This document shows, in pieces, positions 1-14,500 of a DNA stretch of 64,000 nt. The notes under the pieces are model-generated. The model was not told the origin of the DNA and did no database searches. It saw only the letters and a list, made by a program, of their open reading frames with translations. Numbering within the stretch: the first letter of the stretch is position 1; the number at the start of each line of letters is the position of its first letter. Source of the stretch: Hormiphora californensis (taxonomy: Eukaryota; Animalia; Ctenophora); assembly GCA_020137815.1 (NCBI GenBank), contig CM035356.1:2604001-2668000 (forward strand), in the 5' to 3' direction. The position numbers and the translations under genes are program-made.

Positions 1-414
1 CTAACAAGAAGGAACGGTTTAGTTCAAAGGAGCAATTTGGGGAAACTATACCATGAGTAGAACACTATAGTACACTACTATTTAGTACACTAGTAGTGTA
101 GTAGGTGGTCAAGAACGGAGAAAGAATAGGTCTTTCGTCTTTACCGGAGTATTTGTTCAACAAGAATTAAAAAGGAAGAAAGTAGAAAAATACTGGGGTT
201 GGCCGGAAATTGAACCATGCAGGACCTTCAGAAGCTTTACCAAACACTTCTAAATGATTATTCGTCATAGTCAGACATGACAGACATGACAGACATTATT
301 ATAATGTGAATTGAACTACAAAGCCACTACATGCAGTGATCATAAGGAGTGTGCAGAGTGATCTGTACAGTAATTTGGAGGAAATACATAACTCATAAGA
401 CTGGGGTGGAGAGA

Positions 415-959
415 GCTAGAGAGAGAGAGGGAGAGAGAGAGAGAGAGAGGGGGAGAGAGAGAGAGAGAGAGAAGGCATAAAAAGAAGTATGTGAGTGTGA
501 GCAAATGAACACGGAGCTCATTCGTCAAGTGAAACAAAGAGGTCAAACACATGCAGGCACTGCTGAACAGTAAAAGTGGCACAATAGGACAGCACTTTCT
601 TTCTATCTTTCTATCTTTCTCATCTTCTATTTCTCTCTCATTGATAGTGTAGACATTTAAAGGTGGCCTTTCTAGGTCACCCAACGTCATAAAATGTATC
701 TTATCTCTCTTTCTCGCTCATAAAAATTGGGTAGCTCACACCACTCAATTGAAAATGAAATGAACTAAATTGAGATATATGTATTGAACAAAAGCCGAAG
801 AAGTTGAAGCAAACAAACTGACGTCTGGAATGGAATTAAGGACGGTCGGAATAATTTGAGTGTGAATATAGAACAAGAGAAAATTTGAAAGAAAGAGATA
901 TTGTGCGTGAGGGACAGAGAGAGACAGAGAGAGAGAGAGAGAAAGGAAGAGAGAGAGAA

Positions 960-1022
<63 letters not shown>

Positions 1023-1728
1023 GAAAGAGAGAAAGAAAGAGAGAAAGAAAGAGAGAGAGATAGATAGAGAGAGAGAGAGAGAGAGAAAGGGATGGAGAGA
1101 AAAAACTGGGAGCCGATTGGTATTTCCCATGTGGTGATGACAAAGACAAACACGCACACACACACACACACACACCGACAAACTAAAAGAAAAATCTCTT
1201 ATTAAACAAAAGTAAACAAATTGCTACCGGCCTAACTGTCTAATTAGGGAACACAAATTCTGTCACTCTGGTGACCACCCCCGGAGAGTAATAAAATGTC
1301 TCGCCGCCCTGTCACTGACAGGCCCCGCCACTGCTCAATCTCAAATATATGATTCGCCTGGTATACTAATTTTGTTCTTGAGTACTCCCACAGTCAAATC
1401 CTGGTGTACAACAAATAATGTACCAAAATATATGTACCACCCTCACAAAAAAATCCCTATTACACGCGACATTGTCCACCTGGAGGTACTGTTGCAGCTC
1501 TCCACACATTGCACATATACGACCCCCTACAAAGCGAATTGTTTTGAAAGCAATCTCTCTCCACCCTCTTTCTTTCTCTCCAACTCCCTCTCTTTCTTTC
1601 TCTCCAACTCTCTCTCACCCTCTTTCTCCCTCTCCAACTCTCTCTCACTCTCCCTGGGGCATCGCTCCCGCATGATAGATGCACACTGTGACATCTGATT
1701 GATTGGATAGTCGGATGTGAAACTAAGG

Positions 1729-1772
<44 letters not shown>

Positions 1773-2126
1773 AGAGACACAGAGAGAGACAGAGGGATAG
1801 TGAGATAGTGAAAGAGAAAAAAGGGATAGTGGGAGAGAAAAAAAGAGACAGAAAGAGAGCGAGAATGATAGTAGGAGAGAGAGAGAGAGAGTGGAAGAGA
1901 GAAAGATAGTGGAAGGTACACACCTGAGTAGAAACGAGTGCAAGACTGTAGTTGGAGAAAGTGCCACAACGCTATATTTTGATGACGCACATTTACATTG
2001 CACAAGCAACTGTTATAATGTACATTGTACTGCATTATGTAACAGTTGCGCCGAATAAAAGGAGAGGGGTAAGGGGGTAGCCGAGAAAGGGGGAGATGGA
2101 AAGAGAAAGATGGTGGGAGAAAGAGA

Positions 2127-2214
<88 letters not shown>

Positions 2215-2821
2215 CATGTAATTTGGCGTCACAACAGCAGAATAGTGAAAATTGTACCTTTACGAGAAAGAGTTGAGAGTAAAAGAATAGAGAGATGTTG
2301 GAAAGAGAGGGAGAGGAAGAGAGAGAGAGAGAGAGATGTTGGAAAGAGGAAGAGGGAGAGAGAGATAGATAGAGAGAATGTTAATAAACAGGTCGTGAAG
2401 TCAGCTTACGTAATAAAAAGGAGCTGTTGTGAAAGAGACAAAGCTGCAAAAAGAGACAGAATGACGGCTGTTTCTCTGTTTCAAAAGAGACACGCAGAGA
2501 AAGGAGGAGATGAGAGATGAAGCATGGAAAACAGTTCCATCAGCCCAAGTTTGGTAATAGTCTTATGAACGCACAGAGCTATGCAGCACCTACATACACA
2601 CACAAACACACTGCGCAGCAATTTACATTGAATGTACCTAGAGAGAAGGAGGAGAGGCATTATATTAGAGAAAGAGAAGGAAATAAAGATAGAGAGATAG
2701 AAAGAGGGGAGAGAGAGGAAGATAGAAAATTATGAAATTAAATAACGATGCTACGAGAAAATGAAGAGCATATATAAATGAAACATTCACTGTAGCTCCA
2801 GTCGAAGAGAGGAGAGAGGAG

Positions 2822-2869
<48 letters not shown>

Positions 2870-3518
2870 AGAGAGAGAAGAGGAGAAACGAGAAAAGCGC
2901 TTGTGTAAAAAAAGCAGGTATCTATGGTCGACTTGACCAATGTGTTTGATAGCGTACACATGTATACCTTATCAACGTCCTGATACTGTACCCAACTGTG
3001 GGACCGGACCGCACCCTGTGTAGCATTTATGAAAGAAATTTATTTCACAAAACGTGTCTTTTCCCTGTACACACCCCGTCTTTATTCATATAAAGCCGGC
3101 CCTGCACTCTCTCACTCTCCTTCTATCGATCTATAGCTTGGTCTATTTCTCTCTGTTTCCCTCCTACCATTTTCGCTCCACCTACATCCATATCTTTTCT
3201 CTGTTTTTTGTACTCTCTTTATCACTCCAACTCTTAGTCCTACTCCCACTCTTATACTTCACTTTATACAAATCTCATTCAGTCAGTCATGATCTCAGAT
3301 TTGCAAAAAAACATTCACAGTGGCACAGCTTGCCTTGTTCGACCCTCTTTCTAAAAAGGGTTTGAACAAACCAAGCTCAGTTCAGAAAAAAGTTAAAAAA
3401 AGAGACGGCATTTCTCTCTTCTTTTCTCAATGACCAAGGGATGAAGGGAAGCGCAGCATGCTGCACTGATGAAATGAGATAACTCAAGCTGCAGATATTT
3501 ATACACGTCCATGGTATG

Positions 3519-3611
<93 letters not shown>

Positions 3612-4032
3612 TAAGATAGTAGTGAGCTATCGTCATGAGAAATAACGGATAGATGAAATGACAATTACTACCAGACAGCTCGCTGTATTCTACAATACTC
3701 CCAGTACTGAGGGTAGAGACCAGAGAGAATAGAGATAGAGAGAGAGAGAGAGAGATAGAGAGAGAATTAAGAATGAAAGAGCTTGAAAAAAGGCAGATGG
3801 CAGTGATGGCGAGACAGAGAAAGAGTCAGGACTCAGGAGTCGCTTCGCGATCAACAACATCTCATTCCAGACATGCAATGATCAGTGCACCGGTCTCTCT
3901 CTCTCTCTCCCTCTATCTCTCTCTCTCTCGCTCCCTATCTTTCTCTCACACACATGACATCTCACATAATCATGACTCTCGATAAAAATGATAAGAGCAG
4001 AGTGAGAGAGGGAGAGAGAGAGAGAGAGAGAG

Positions 4033-4113
<81 letters not shown>

Positions 4114-4135
4114 GGAGAGAGAGATGGAGAGAGAG
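415..4135. repeat. Dense cluster of (AG)n/(CT)n microsatellites with one (CA)n run
   Basis: Long gagaga runs at ~415-470, 910-1085, 1730-1800, 2135-2208, 2825-2865, 3522-3608 and 4005-4135. These explain the SLSLSL/RERERE ORFs. Confidence 0.95.
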
Positions 4136-4595
4136 GCGGGCAAACTTGACAGTTCGAAAGATCGAGGATTATCGAGAAAAAATCTGCGCCTGGTCACTGG
4201 TATATTTCACAAACCCCTAAAAAATCACAAGTTTTTTCAACCGACAGCGGTGAACCAGTAATTTATTGATACAAAATACAAGCTACTACAGTAATTATAG
4301 GACTGAGCAATTAATTAGTAATTAGGACTGTGCAAGACATACTGTTTAGTAAGGTGAATGATGTGTGTCCAAGATATATGATTTGCAGTAGAAATGAACA
4401 ACGGAATTATGGCATAACGGTTACAATATCATAATATATGTGTGATAACGGTATAGATAGGAAACTGCAGTAGTAGGAAATAGGGAAAACAAATTGTATC
4501 GTATCTGAATCATCAAGATGTATGTGAATTATGGTGGCTATGTGGTGAGATACATGGGTAATGAACTATTAATTAATCAATTACTGTGTACTTAC

Positions 4596-6168
4596 ACCGC
4601 AGGATTGTGAATCTTTCCCCATGAACTGTCTAAAGTCCCGGAATTCGTCCCATGTAATAGTGCCACTCTTGTCTTTATCAATCCTGGGGGTAAGGGTTGG
4701 TAACGAAGTTACCCCTCCCTTGCCGGCGCGTGTAGCACGCCGAACGAAGGCCGCGAAGCGGCCTGAGTGTGAGGTGTCTTCGATACCAAGGGTAAGGGGA
4801 GGGTGAATCAAAAAGGGGAGGTGTCTTCAATACCAATTGGGTAAGGGGAGGTGTCTTCAATAAGGGGAGGTGTCTTCGATACCAAGGGTAAGGGGAGGGT
4901 GAATCAAAAAGGGAAGGGGCCACTCTCTTTCTCTCTCTCTCACACACTCTCTCTCTTCCTTTCCATGTCCTCACCTATCAAAAACTTCTTTAAGCCTAAC
5001 GTGATCTACCTCCTCCCCGGAGCCCTCTTCCTCAGAGTGCTGAGTTAGTTCATCTAACGTTAAAACTCCTGAAATATTTCACAAATTTACTAATTATTAT
5101 GTTTTTTTTCACAAATAGTATTAATTATATAGTCACTAATGTACTGAGCGAAAGGGAACTAAAAAATTGGCAGCGGGGCAACAACAAAAAATTATACATT
5201 ATGTACCATGCAATTTGGTGGGGGGGTTCCCAATTTGGTTCTAAAACATACCAGTTCCGTCTTTATCGATCCGTTGGAAACTCTTTCCATAGATTTCGCT
5301 CGTTAGCCATCATTACTAGCATGAATTCTTGGTAGTCAAGTACACCATCCTTCTTGATATCGCCACTATGAATCAGCTCCTAATAGGGGGGGGGGGGGTA
5401 TTGGTGTTGGGCGAACCAAATCAAGGGGGAGAAGCTATACTTCTAGCTTGATATAATCGCTATACTTCTATATCGCCACTCTGATTTAGCTGTTCTTGGC
5501 TCACAATTCGCATAACAGAGTGAGGGGGAGAGAAATAGATAAAGGTATAATAGAGAGAAAAGGATAGAGGTGATGATGATCGTGTTTAGATATCTGGGTG
5601 TGGCAGATACAAGATATACTGACACAAAGGGGCTAGAGACAGAGAGAGACAGAGAAAGAAAGTATTTAGCTAGGCATCCAATTGTTTAAGTCTTGATCTT
5701 CTCGGTTATTACTCTTCGTTATCACTCTCGCCATACTCTCTTGCAGAATATATATATCATTATCAATCTCCTGGGACCTGGGGGCTAGGGCTACCTTGAT
5801 CTACCCCGAACGCTCACAGAGCTAGAAATGAAATGAAATGTGGTGTGAGGGCTACCTACCCTTGCCCCGGCCATGACCCTGTTCTCGCTGACCCCATAGT
5901 GTTGTGCCATGTGTGCCACCAGCTCTCTCTCGTCCACCTTCCCATCACTGTTTTTATCCAATGTCCCAAAGAGAGAAGTTAACCGCTCCACATCCTCCGC
6001 GGTATGTTGATACCCACCATCATCTGGGAACCTCTCATCTTGTGTTACGTCATCATGAGTAGTAGTTTGATAAAATGATTCAGTAGGGCAGTGGGTGTCG
6101 GTAGAATCGGAGTGGTGGGTGCCGGTAGGATTGGAGTAGTTGGTACCAGTAGAATTCTGGCCATTCAT
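4596..6168 (-). CDS. Four-EF-hand calcium-binding protein resembling the N-terminus of SCaMC/SLC25A23-25 mitochondrial ATP-Mg/Pi carriers (partial; 3' exons not found)
   Basis: GT-AG exons 6168-5860, 5379-5252, 5068-4975 and 4683-4596 give loops DKNSDGKVDERE, DIKKDGVLDYQE, DKDGTGVLTLDE and DKDKSGTITWDE. Exon 2 needs one base removed near 5277-5280 (TTT to TT). Confidence 0.7.
4690..4800 (-). repeat. Short interspersed repeat with GC-rich hairpins; second copy at ~40007-40076
   Basis: Both sites share gacacctcacactc...gcgccggcaagggaggggtaactt.gttaccaacc. Hairpins ggccgcttcgcggcc and ggtaacttcgttacc are present. Confidence 0.6.
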
Positions 6169-6811
6169 GTTGTTTTCCTTCACGGAGTTTCCATTATTTG
6201 CTGTAAAACTAGATAAAGTGGCTGAGAAGCTACGAAAATAAATCAATCTACTTTCCAAAGTCTAGCCGTAAGGTGAGAAAAACTTAGATTTAAACAAAGA
6301 CAATAATCATGATTATTATATGAATCATAATTTCAGGCTCTCGACAGACAACAATCAACAGTGTCCTGTAATTAGTGTAACCATAGTACACAAATGTGCC
6401 CCTCTCTTCTTGACCTGTCTATTAGACATGTATTGAAAGGTGAAAGGCATTATGGACAGTGTCTATTCGTCTCAAACTGTCTGTATATATGTATCTTACT
6501 CGGTTACTCCATGTATACCTGTCTGTCTTTGTATCTCAAACTGTCTGTATATCTATCACTCAAACTGTCTATCTATTTTTCTCAAACTGTCTGCCCATGT
6601 CTATCTAACTGTCTGTGTGTATCTTACTCTTTTACTCCATGTTTTTCACTATGTCTGTCTATGCCTGTGAATTATCTGCTCGTCTCCCTTTTTGTACATC
6701 TCTGTACAATATGTGTCAATATATTGTCCGTCTATTCGTCGTAGCAATGACTAATATATATCTCGTAGTTTGGACATCGTTAGTAGCAATGAGAGTGTGT
6801 GAGCGAGGGAG

Positions 6812-6934
<123 letters not shown>

Positions 6935-6987
6935 CAGACAGAGACAGAGAGTGGGAAGTTATAAATCGTTGTAGCATTGAATGTTAA

Positions 6988-7457
6988 AGTGAGAGTGGAC
7001 CGAATCAGAATTGGACACGTTTGGTGTAGGTGGTAGAGATTAGCTTTCTGAGCATTTTGCGTTTTTGCCGCTCAAAATCGACCCACCCATCACTGAGATA
7101 TTTTTGTTATGTTGGGAGAATTTCTGCTGGATCAATATTTATCAAACAGGATAGAAACAATCCTTGTGTTTTACTAACACATTCTTTAAATTTTCAATAT
7201 GCTAACTTGCATTGTTCTGCTTCTGTGCACGAACATGTAAACCTCACTGCTTATATTCAGAATGTGTTAGGAAAACATGACGATTGTTTCTATTTATGTT
7301 TTTTACATACTGATTAAACAGGAGTTCTCCCAACATAACAAAAATATCTCAGTGATGGGTGGGTCGATTTTGAGCGGCAAAAACGCATTATGCTCAGAGA
7401 GCTAATCTCTACTACCTACAACAAACTTGTCCAGTTCTGATTCGGTCCACTCTCACT
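6988..7457. mobile_element. Non-autonomous Kolobok-type MITE
   Basis: TTAA|AGTGAGAGTGGACCGAATCAG ... CTGATTCGGTCCACTCTCACT|TTAA. TIRs of ~135 bp, TTAA target duplication, AG..CT termini. Confidence 0.8.
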
Positions 7458-7639
7458 TTAATCTTCATTATTAGTTAGGTTGTTGAGATCGACACGTTAG
7501 GAGTTACAAATATTGCCCATTGGATAACATATCTTTAGATATGTGATACACACTGCGGAGTCCTGTTGTCGGGGAATCAAAGAAATAAGCTCTGCAGGAT
7601 GCATCATTTACAATTGAAATGACTGAAAAATATGACATA

Positions 7640-8403
7640 ACGGGTGACAACTAAAAATCTGGACAATTTTCTGTGAGCTCTAGCGCCGGCCCCGCTTGAG
7701 ATACAGCTTCAGGCCAGTTATAGAACGATTTTTCAGACAATTTTGAATCAGAATAACACAACGGGAAAAACTAAAAAGTTCATTTTCATTGCGATATCGC
7801 ATCATTTCCTCTTGACCTACCAAAGCATGTAGTACTTGAAATTTACACACTTTTCTAGCACCTCTAGCGCCTGTTCTTTTTGAGATACAGCTTCGGGGCA
7901 GCGATAGAATGATTTTTCAGACGATTTTGAACGAAATTAACTTTGTTTCACACTCCGATAATCTCAATTCTAATCACAGAATCATCTGTAACAAACCCTT
8001 CAAAGCGTAGTTTACAGGTAATTTGAGAAATCGCCATTTTGACGATCTCTCGAAACATTTATGACGTGGAAAACCAACTTCCTGATAAGCTAAAATGTTG
8101 AAACTTGGCAGTTATGTTGGTTATGGCATGAACAACCATTATTTCAAATTTGAGAATTTTATCTCATCGGGAAGGTCGTTTCTGATCACACAGAAATCTC
8201 AAATCTCCGTACACATGCTTTGGTGGGTCAAGAGGAAATGATGCGATATCGCAATGAAAATGAACTTTTTAGTTTTTCCCGTTGTGTTATTCTGATTCAA
8301 AATTGTCTGAAAAATCGTTCTATCACTGGCCTGAAGCTGTATCTCAAGCGGGGCCGGCGCTAGAGCTCACAGAAAATTGTCCAGATTTTTAGTTGTCACC
8401 CGT
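7640..8403. mobile_element. MITE with ~180-bp TIRs, probably Tc1/mariner-derived
   Basis: TA|ACGGGTGACAACTAAAAATCTGGAC ... GTCCAGATTTTTAGTTGTCACCCGT|TA. Arms ~7637-7817 and ~8226-8406. Confidence 0.75.
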
Positions 8404-8587
8404 TATATCTTCCAGATATAAAAAACTAGGTCAACAAAAGAGAGGCTTTGCAATGTACATATTATGACTTGTATAGTGACAAGTTGAGACCTCCCGAACA
8501 ATACACAACGCACAAGAAAAGGGAAGAAAATAGAAAGAATGTTGGAGCTAGCATTGATCTATCACAGTTGTTAGATGTATCATGTTT

Positions 8588-8631
<44 letters not shown>

Positions 8632-9858
8632 TAGAGACAGACAAAGATAATGTACAAAACAATACATAGTTAGAGGACTGGAATTAGATTCTACAATATT
8701 GTGCAAAACTTAATCGACAATGGAAACGGATACATAGATGTCGGAAAATACACACAATACAGAGAAGCAGAGTTGTTTTTTACAAATGGCCGCCAGAATT
8801 GTGCATTTGCTCTCTCCCTCTCTCCGTGGAAAATGAAGTTATTGCCGCGTATCATTAGCCATATAAGATGTACACCTTGTACATCGAGGAAGTTCTGTGG
8901 CTTCCTAAATGAGCGGCATGAACAACAAATGACACATCGTGCTTGTTTTGTTTTGATATTAAACAGCATTTATGCTCAAATAAGGAGCACTCAAATTTAA
9001 ATAAATGTGAGGGACATCAGAGAGAGAGGGGGGAGAAAGGGAGGGAGAGAAAAAGGGATGGAGAGAAAAAGGGAGGGATAAAGAAAGGAAGGGGTAGAGA
9101 AAGGGATTAACTTCTCAAGTACCTGCATGAAAGACGAGTCGTAAGGTAAGGAGTTTCTGTGGTGATACTCCACTAAATCCTCGTTGGTCACATAACCCTT
9201 GCATTGGGACAAGACAGTAAATAGTCCTGATAGTCCTCTCTTCACAGGGATGGTATTGGCCGTCTCTGGAATGGGGGGAGGAGGGGCTTAGGACAGAACG
9301 GGAGAAAACTAATTTAAACTGAAACATGTTCAGGTTACTTTATTGTGTGTACACTGTATAGGTCAGGGTTTTGTGCCATAAAACAGTTTATGATTTATGA
9401 ATAAATTACATTACCCCCCCCCCCCCCCTCGTCGTCGATTGTCCGACTTTAGAGAACCTCCCTCCCCCTCTCTTACGGAAGTGTTTTGTGAATGCACCCT
9501 TACTAATTCTGATGACAAATCATGCCCCCAAAACCATTACATCATTACACGAGATATGAGACTGAAAGTTCCAGTGAATGAACAGAACATCATGGCTCTG
9601 TGCGCGCAGAAAACTGCGCCACGATCAAATGCTGACTCGATTTGTAAAGTACTACGCGCGTTACATCAAACACGAAGAGAAAGTGTGACCAGTGTGACAA
9701 ACCTTGAAGCCACATGATGATATTTAAATGATACTCAATCAGCGGCAGTCAGAGGACAGAGATGTATGTCTAGTGTCCTAAAATTTAGATAGACAGTGCA
9801 GATAAGCAATTGAAAATTTATTTCATGGTTTGAATAATATCACAAACGCATTTCTTTT

Positions 9859-10851
9859 TCATGACGGCAAATTGAACTTGGGAAACGGAAACTCAGGATC
9901 AGTAAAATTTGAATAGTTGGCTATAAGAAAGTCCGGCTCAAAAACACTGTATAAACCCTCAACTAACTCTCTGTCAATTTGAGGAAACCACTTCCTAGCG
10001 AGGATAGCTGATTGTGATTGCCTTGGATCAGCAGATAAATCATAACTCCCACCTAAAGGTGCACCAACCACTCCTAACTCCCCCATAATCTCTCGGAACA
10101 TGTTTCTAGCGTGTTCCAAAGGGACAATGTAGTCAAACTGGACTAGATCCAAAAACAACATCTTGTATTGAGGTTGAAAATGGTCATCAAATGTTCGGTG
10201 ATTGATCAACCACTTCAAAAACTCCTCAAATGTAGGATACAACTCATTATCAATCACTTCCTTGTTATCTAAACCCCGTGACAGAACAACGATCCAAACC
10301 CCAATATGTCGCAGTGAGTGTCCGTATGTGCTTTTACTTTCCTCTCCAACCTTATCTCTGTAACCGGACACCATCCTAACCCAAGGATTCCTAACTACAG
10401 CTATTGACCGTGCTAATTCCACCCCAGCAATGCTTTTCATTTTAGCAAGGCGGTTAGCGTTAGTAAAATGGACATTCTCAAGCTGGTCCGGGGGTAAGGT
10501 CCCCTCCTGTACGCCCTCTGCAATTCTCATTGCTTGAATCCAGTTTGAACATCCAGATTTGGGAGGTGCAGCTAGCACTACATTAATCAGGGGGTAGTAG
10601 TAGACGTGGACACTCCGGGGGTCCTCCCTGCACTTGGTCCAGTTGGAGGGAGGGGTGAAGGTGAGGTTTTTGGGACGCCGTGCGAGGATCATGTTGGCAG
10701 CTAGCCAGGTCTGGGTGGGAGGAGGAGGTAGGAGGCTGGTTGTGGGGATACTAAATTCCTTTTCTTTGATTTTAGAAGAGTGAAGATAAAATATGGTAAG
10801 GAAAGTAGAGCCCAGGATCACGATGAGTAACATCCGTCGCGATGAAGCCAT
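9859..10851 (-). CDS. Golgi carbohydrate sulfotransferase (Sulfotransfer_2 / CHST8-14, HNK-1ST-like), single exon
   Basis: 330-aa ORF with N-terminal TM anchor, 5'-PSB motif PPKSGCSNW, 3'-PB motif VVRNPWVRMVSGYRDK, DHFQPQ and a C-terminal YSVFEPDF..NY motif. Confidence 0.9.
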   Translation of the reverse strand: MASSRRMLLIVILGSTFLTIFYLHSSKIKEKEFSIPTTSLLPPPPTQTWLAANMILARRPKNLTFTPPSNWTKCREDPRSVHVYYYPLINVVLAAPPKSGCSNWIQAMRIAEGVQEGTLPPDQLENVHFTNANRLAKMKSIAGVELARSIAVVRNPWVRMVSGYRDKVGEESKSTYGHSLRHIGVWIVVLSRGLDNKEVIDNELYPTFEEFLKWLINHRTFDDHFQPQYKMLFLDLVQFDYIVPLEHARNMFREIMGELGVVGAPLGGSYDLSADPRQSQSAILARKWFPQIDRELVEGLYSVFEPDFLIANYSNFTDPEFPFPKFNLPS

Positions 10852-11208
10852 TGCTGATATGGAACTCCCGGACTAATTGAATATCAAGGTGTTCAATATA
10901 GCGAACACACCAAAGAAACAAGGAGACTGAGATTTGTACATCTTTGTGTGTGGTCAGTACATGGTGTGCGACCACATAGAATTGTGGGGACATTTAATGT
11001 AATGCTGCGCTGGCAAGCTCATGATCGTGATCATCATTATCCCACACGTGACAAATAATATCAGGACATAGTGAGGCCCCCACTGTTATACCAATCACTC
11101 TGAAATTTGGTATACTTACTGCACTGTTACATAGTCTAGATCTGGCTCATTGAAAAGTACCAATAAATACCCCGGGGCTATACTTAAATATGCCGATGGT
11201 GCGTTTAT

Positions 11209-11280
<72 letters not shown>

Positions 11281-11577
11281 AAGAGAGAAGCACAACGCAC
11301 CCGAAAAACAAAGAGAATGCAATACTTGCAATACTTGCAGCACATATTATTGTCTCCTAGTATTGTGTTGCCGAACAATAGGATTTTAGAAACAAATAAC
11401 GGTTGAAAAAAATGGGATATCGTCCTATATCTTATCGTGTGCATGGTATGATTCTTCTACACATGTACATATTGAGTAAAGAAATAACGGAGAAATCACG
11501 TGACACACAAAATCGAGGAATATAAATATCACTAGTTATTAGCTTTTTCTCGACTTTTTATGGAGTCACGTGACCTA

Positions 11578-14500
11578 TAGTCAGGACCACTATTGATGCG
11601 CGGTCGTGCCCACAGAAGGAGTGCTTGGATCATCTTGAAACCGGTTTTAAGTTCACTAATGCATGCCCAAAAGTGTCTGTAGCCATTTGGGTGATGTTCT
11701 GACAATCCAATCACGAGTTATGACCGAAAAACAGTCAAAAAAAGACGTTTTAAAGTGACAAAAAGGAGGATCTGAACACAGCCCTTATATGAAGGGCTGG
11801 GGCTTTGAAACTTCTTGTGTGGACAGAGAATCGACCAAATTTGCAGTGTCAACTTTCAGATAGTTTCTATCTTTTGTAGTTATCTAATTAGAGTCGTTTA
11901 AACATGCGAGAAGTTGCTAAAGGGCCCTATAATACTGCTTGTGAAGTGATCACTTGACGAGATTTGCCCAATAGGCCAGTCATATGACGTTGTGAAATGG
12001 AACTAATTGATCTAAAAGCGATTCCACTTCCAGGGCACTCCAATGGGTCTCTACAACCACCAAAAAAATTTACCGCGGGTACCGCGATGGAGAAATCGGT
12101 CATTTCCGGGTTTATTTTGCACCTGCATAAATATAGCCTAGGACAAATGCGATATACGGTAAAAACCGTCTTTGGAAACAAGTAGAAAAGAAATCAAGGG
12201 CACTAAAGTGTGTAGCGTCCTCGCATTAGTGGGGGTAGGTGCTGGAATTAAGTCTCTATCTTATCAGGTTAATTAGATAATTGGATAATTAGATGTGCAC
12301 ATAGCCGTTTTATGGTTATACGGTAAAAACCATCTTTGGAATGGAGTAGAGAAAAAACCGAGGGTACTAGAGTGATCAGCGTCCTCGAATTAGTGGGGGT
12401 AGGTACCAAAATTAAGTTCCTATCTCATCGCGTTAATTAGATAATTGGATAATTAGGTATGCGCATAACCGTTTTTAGGTTACATGGCTATAGCCACTTA
12501 GGAATGGTTTAGAGACTTTTCATTGGTGCCATTTTGTAGGCAATAGCCAAGTTATGGGGGGTCGACGTCGGACTTTTAAGCTCTATATTCAACCATTTAG
12601 CCGTTATATGGCTTTAAGGGTACACCTGGCGTTTTTCATCATCGAGTGCCCAACCAAATGACTTCACCAGGGTTTAGGCCATACAAAATGGACCTCAAAT
12701 ATGCAATTTTAGCCCTAAAGTCGAATTCATATTTTTGCTACAGCCTATTTTCAAAGTGGCGTTTTTTCAATTTTTGTTGAAATTTTTAACCTCAGGACCA
12801 CTTTTTTTGAGATAGAAACATTAAATTCTTGGAATTTGAAGAGAATATAAAGGTGAATAAGCCCAAAGAAGGATTTTTGAAATGGGGCTTATTTCTGGCC
12901 ATGAGAACGGTTTACTTTTTTGCTTCTTTGACACGCTGGCTGAGAATGTTCCCATGCTTCATTAGAGATGAAAATCTGGAAATAGTTGCTCAAAACGATT
13001 ATCTATGTGGCCCAAAAATTTTGGAACTTTCCCGCCAAAGATGTGGTGTACAGAGCTTTTTTTGTGAAACCTGTCTTTTTGAAAAAGAGGGAAATTCCCT
13101 GTATCTCAAAAACGGATGATCGTAGAGACCTGGGACCAAGCTTAATCGATTCAGAAGGTCCGATTTTGGGGGGGTCTTCCAAGAGACATTTTGCTCCTAC
13201 TCCAACCGATTTTGCTGTAATTGCGAAAAAGGTATCAGCAAGTAAGGGGGAAATCAGCCCGAAGCAGGCTACTGGAATAGAGTTGTTTCCCCTTTTCATA
13301 GAATTGTTTTTTTGCAATTACAGCAAAATCGGTTGGAGTAGGAGCAAAATGTCTCTTGGAAGACCCCCCCAAAATCGGACCTTCTGAATCGATTAAGCTT
13401 GGTCCCAGGTCTCTACGATCATCCGTTTTTGAGATACAGGGAATTTCCCTCTTTTTCAAAAAGACAGGTTTCACAAAAAAAGCTCTGTACACCACATCTT
13501 TGGCGGGAAAGTTCCAAAATTTTTGGGCCACATAGATAATCGTTTTGAGCAACTATTTCCAGATTTTCATCTCTAATAAGGCATGGGAACATTCTCAGCC
13601 AGCGTGTCAAAGAAGCAAAAAAGTAAACCGTTCTCATGGCCAGAAATAAGCCCCATTTCAAAAATCCTTCTTTGGGCTTATTCACCTTTATATTCTCTTC
13701 AAATTCCAAGAATTTAATGTTTCTATCTCAAAAAAAGTGGTCCTGAGGTTAAAAATTTCAACAAAAATTGAAAAAACGCCACTTTGAAAATAGGCTGTAG
13801 CAAAAATATGAATTCGACTTTAGGGCTAAAATTGCATATTTGAGGTCCATTTTGTATGGCCTAAACCCTGGTGAAGTCATTTGGTTGGGCACTCGATGAT
13901 GAAAAACGCCAGGTGTACCCTTAAAGGTGCTCAAAATCGGTCTTTTTACCGCTTTGTTGCTCACTTTGAGCACCTTTAAAGCCAAATAACGGCTGAACGG
14001 TTGAATATAGAGCTTAAAAGTCCGACGTCGACCCCCAATAACTTGGCTATTGCCTACAAAATGGCACCAATGACAAGTCTCTAAACCATTCCTAAGTGGC
14101 TATAGCCATGTAACCTAAAAACGGTTATGCGCATACCTAATTATCCAATTATCTAATTAACGCGATGAGATAGGAACTTAATTTTGGTACCTACCCCCAC
14201 TAATTCGAGGACGCTGATCACTCTAGTACCCTCGGTTTTTTCTCTACTCCATTCCAAAGATGGTTTTTACCGTATAACCATAAAACGGCTATGTGCACAT
14301 CTAATTATCCAATTATCTAATTAACCTGATAAGATAGAGACTTAATTCCAGCACCTACCCCCACTAATGCGAGGACGCTACACACTTTAGTGCCCTTGAT
14401 TTCTTTTCTACTTGTTTCCAAAGACGGTTTTTACCGTATATCGCATTTGTCCTAGGCTATATTTATGCAGGTGCAAAATAAACCCGGAAATGACCGATTT

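Noticed and set aside
340-4220. Many SLSLSL / RERERE ORFs
   Set aside because: They are translations of (AG)n microsatellites with no domain signal.
9121-9270. Possible minus-strand exon (KGYVTNEDLVEY..FMQ|gt) with EF-hand-like flavour
   Set aside because: I could not link it in phase to neighbouring exons; support is too weak.
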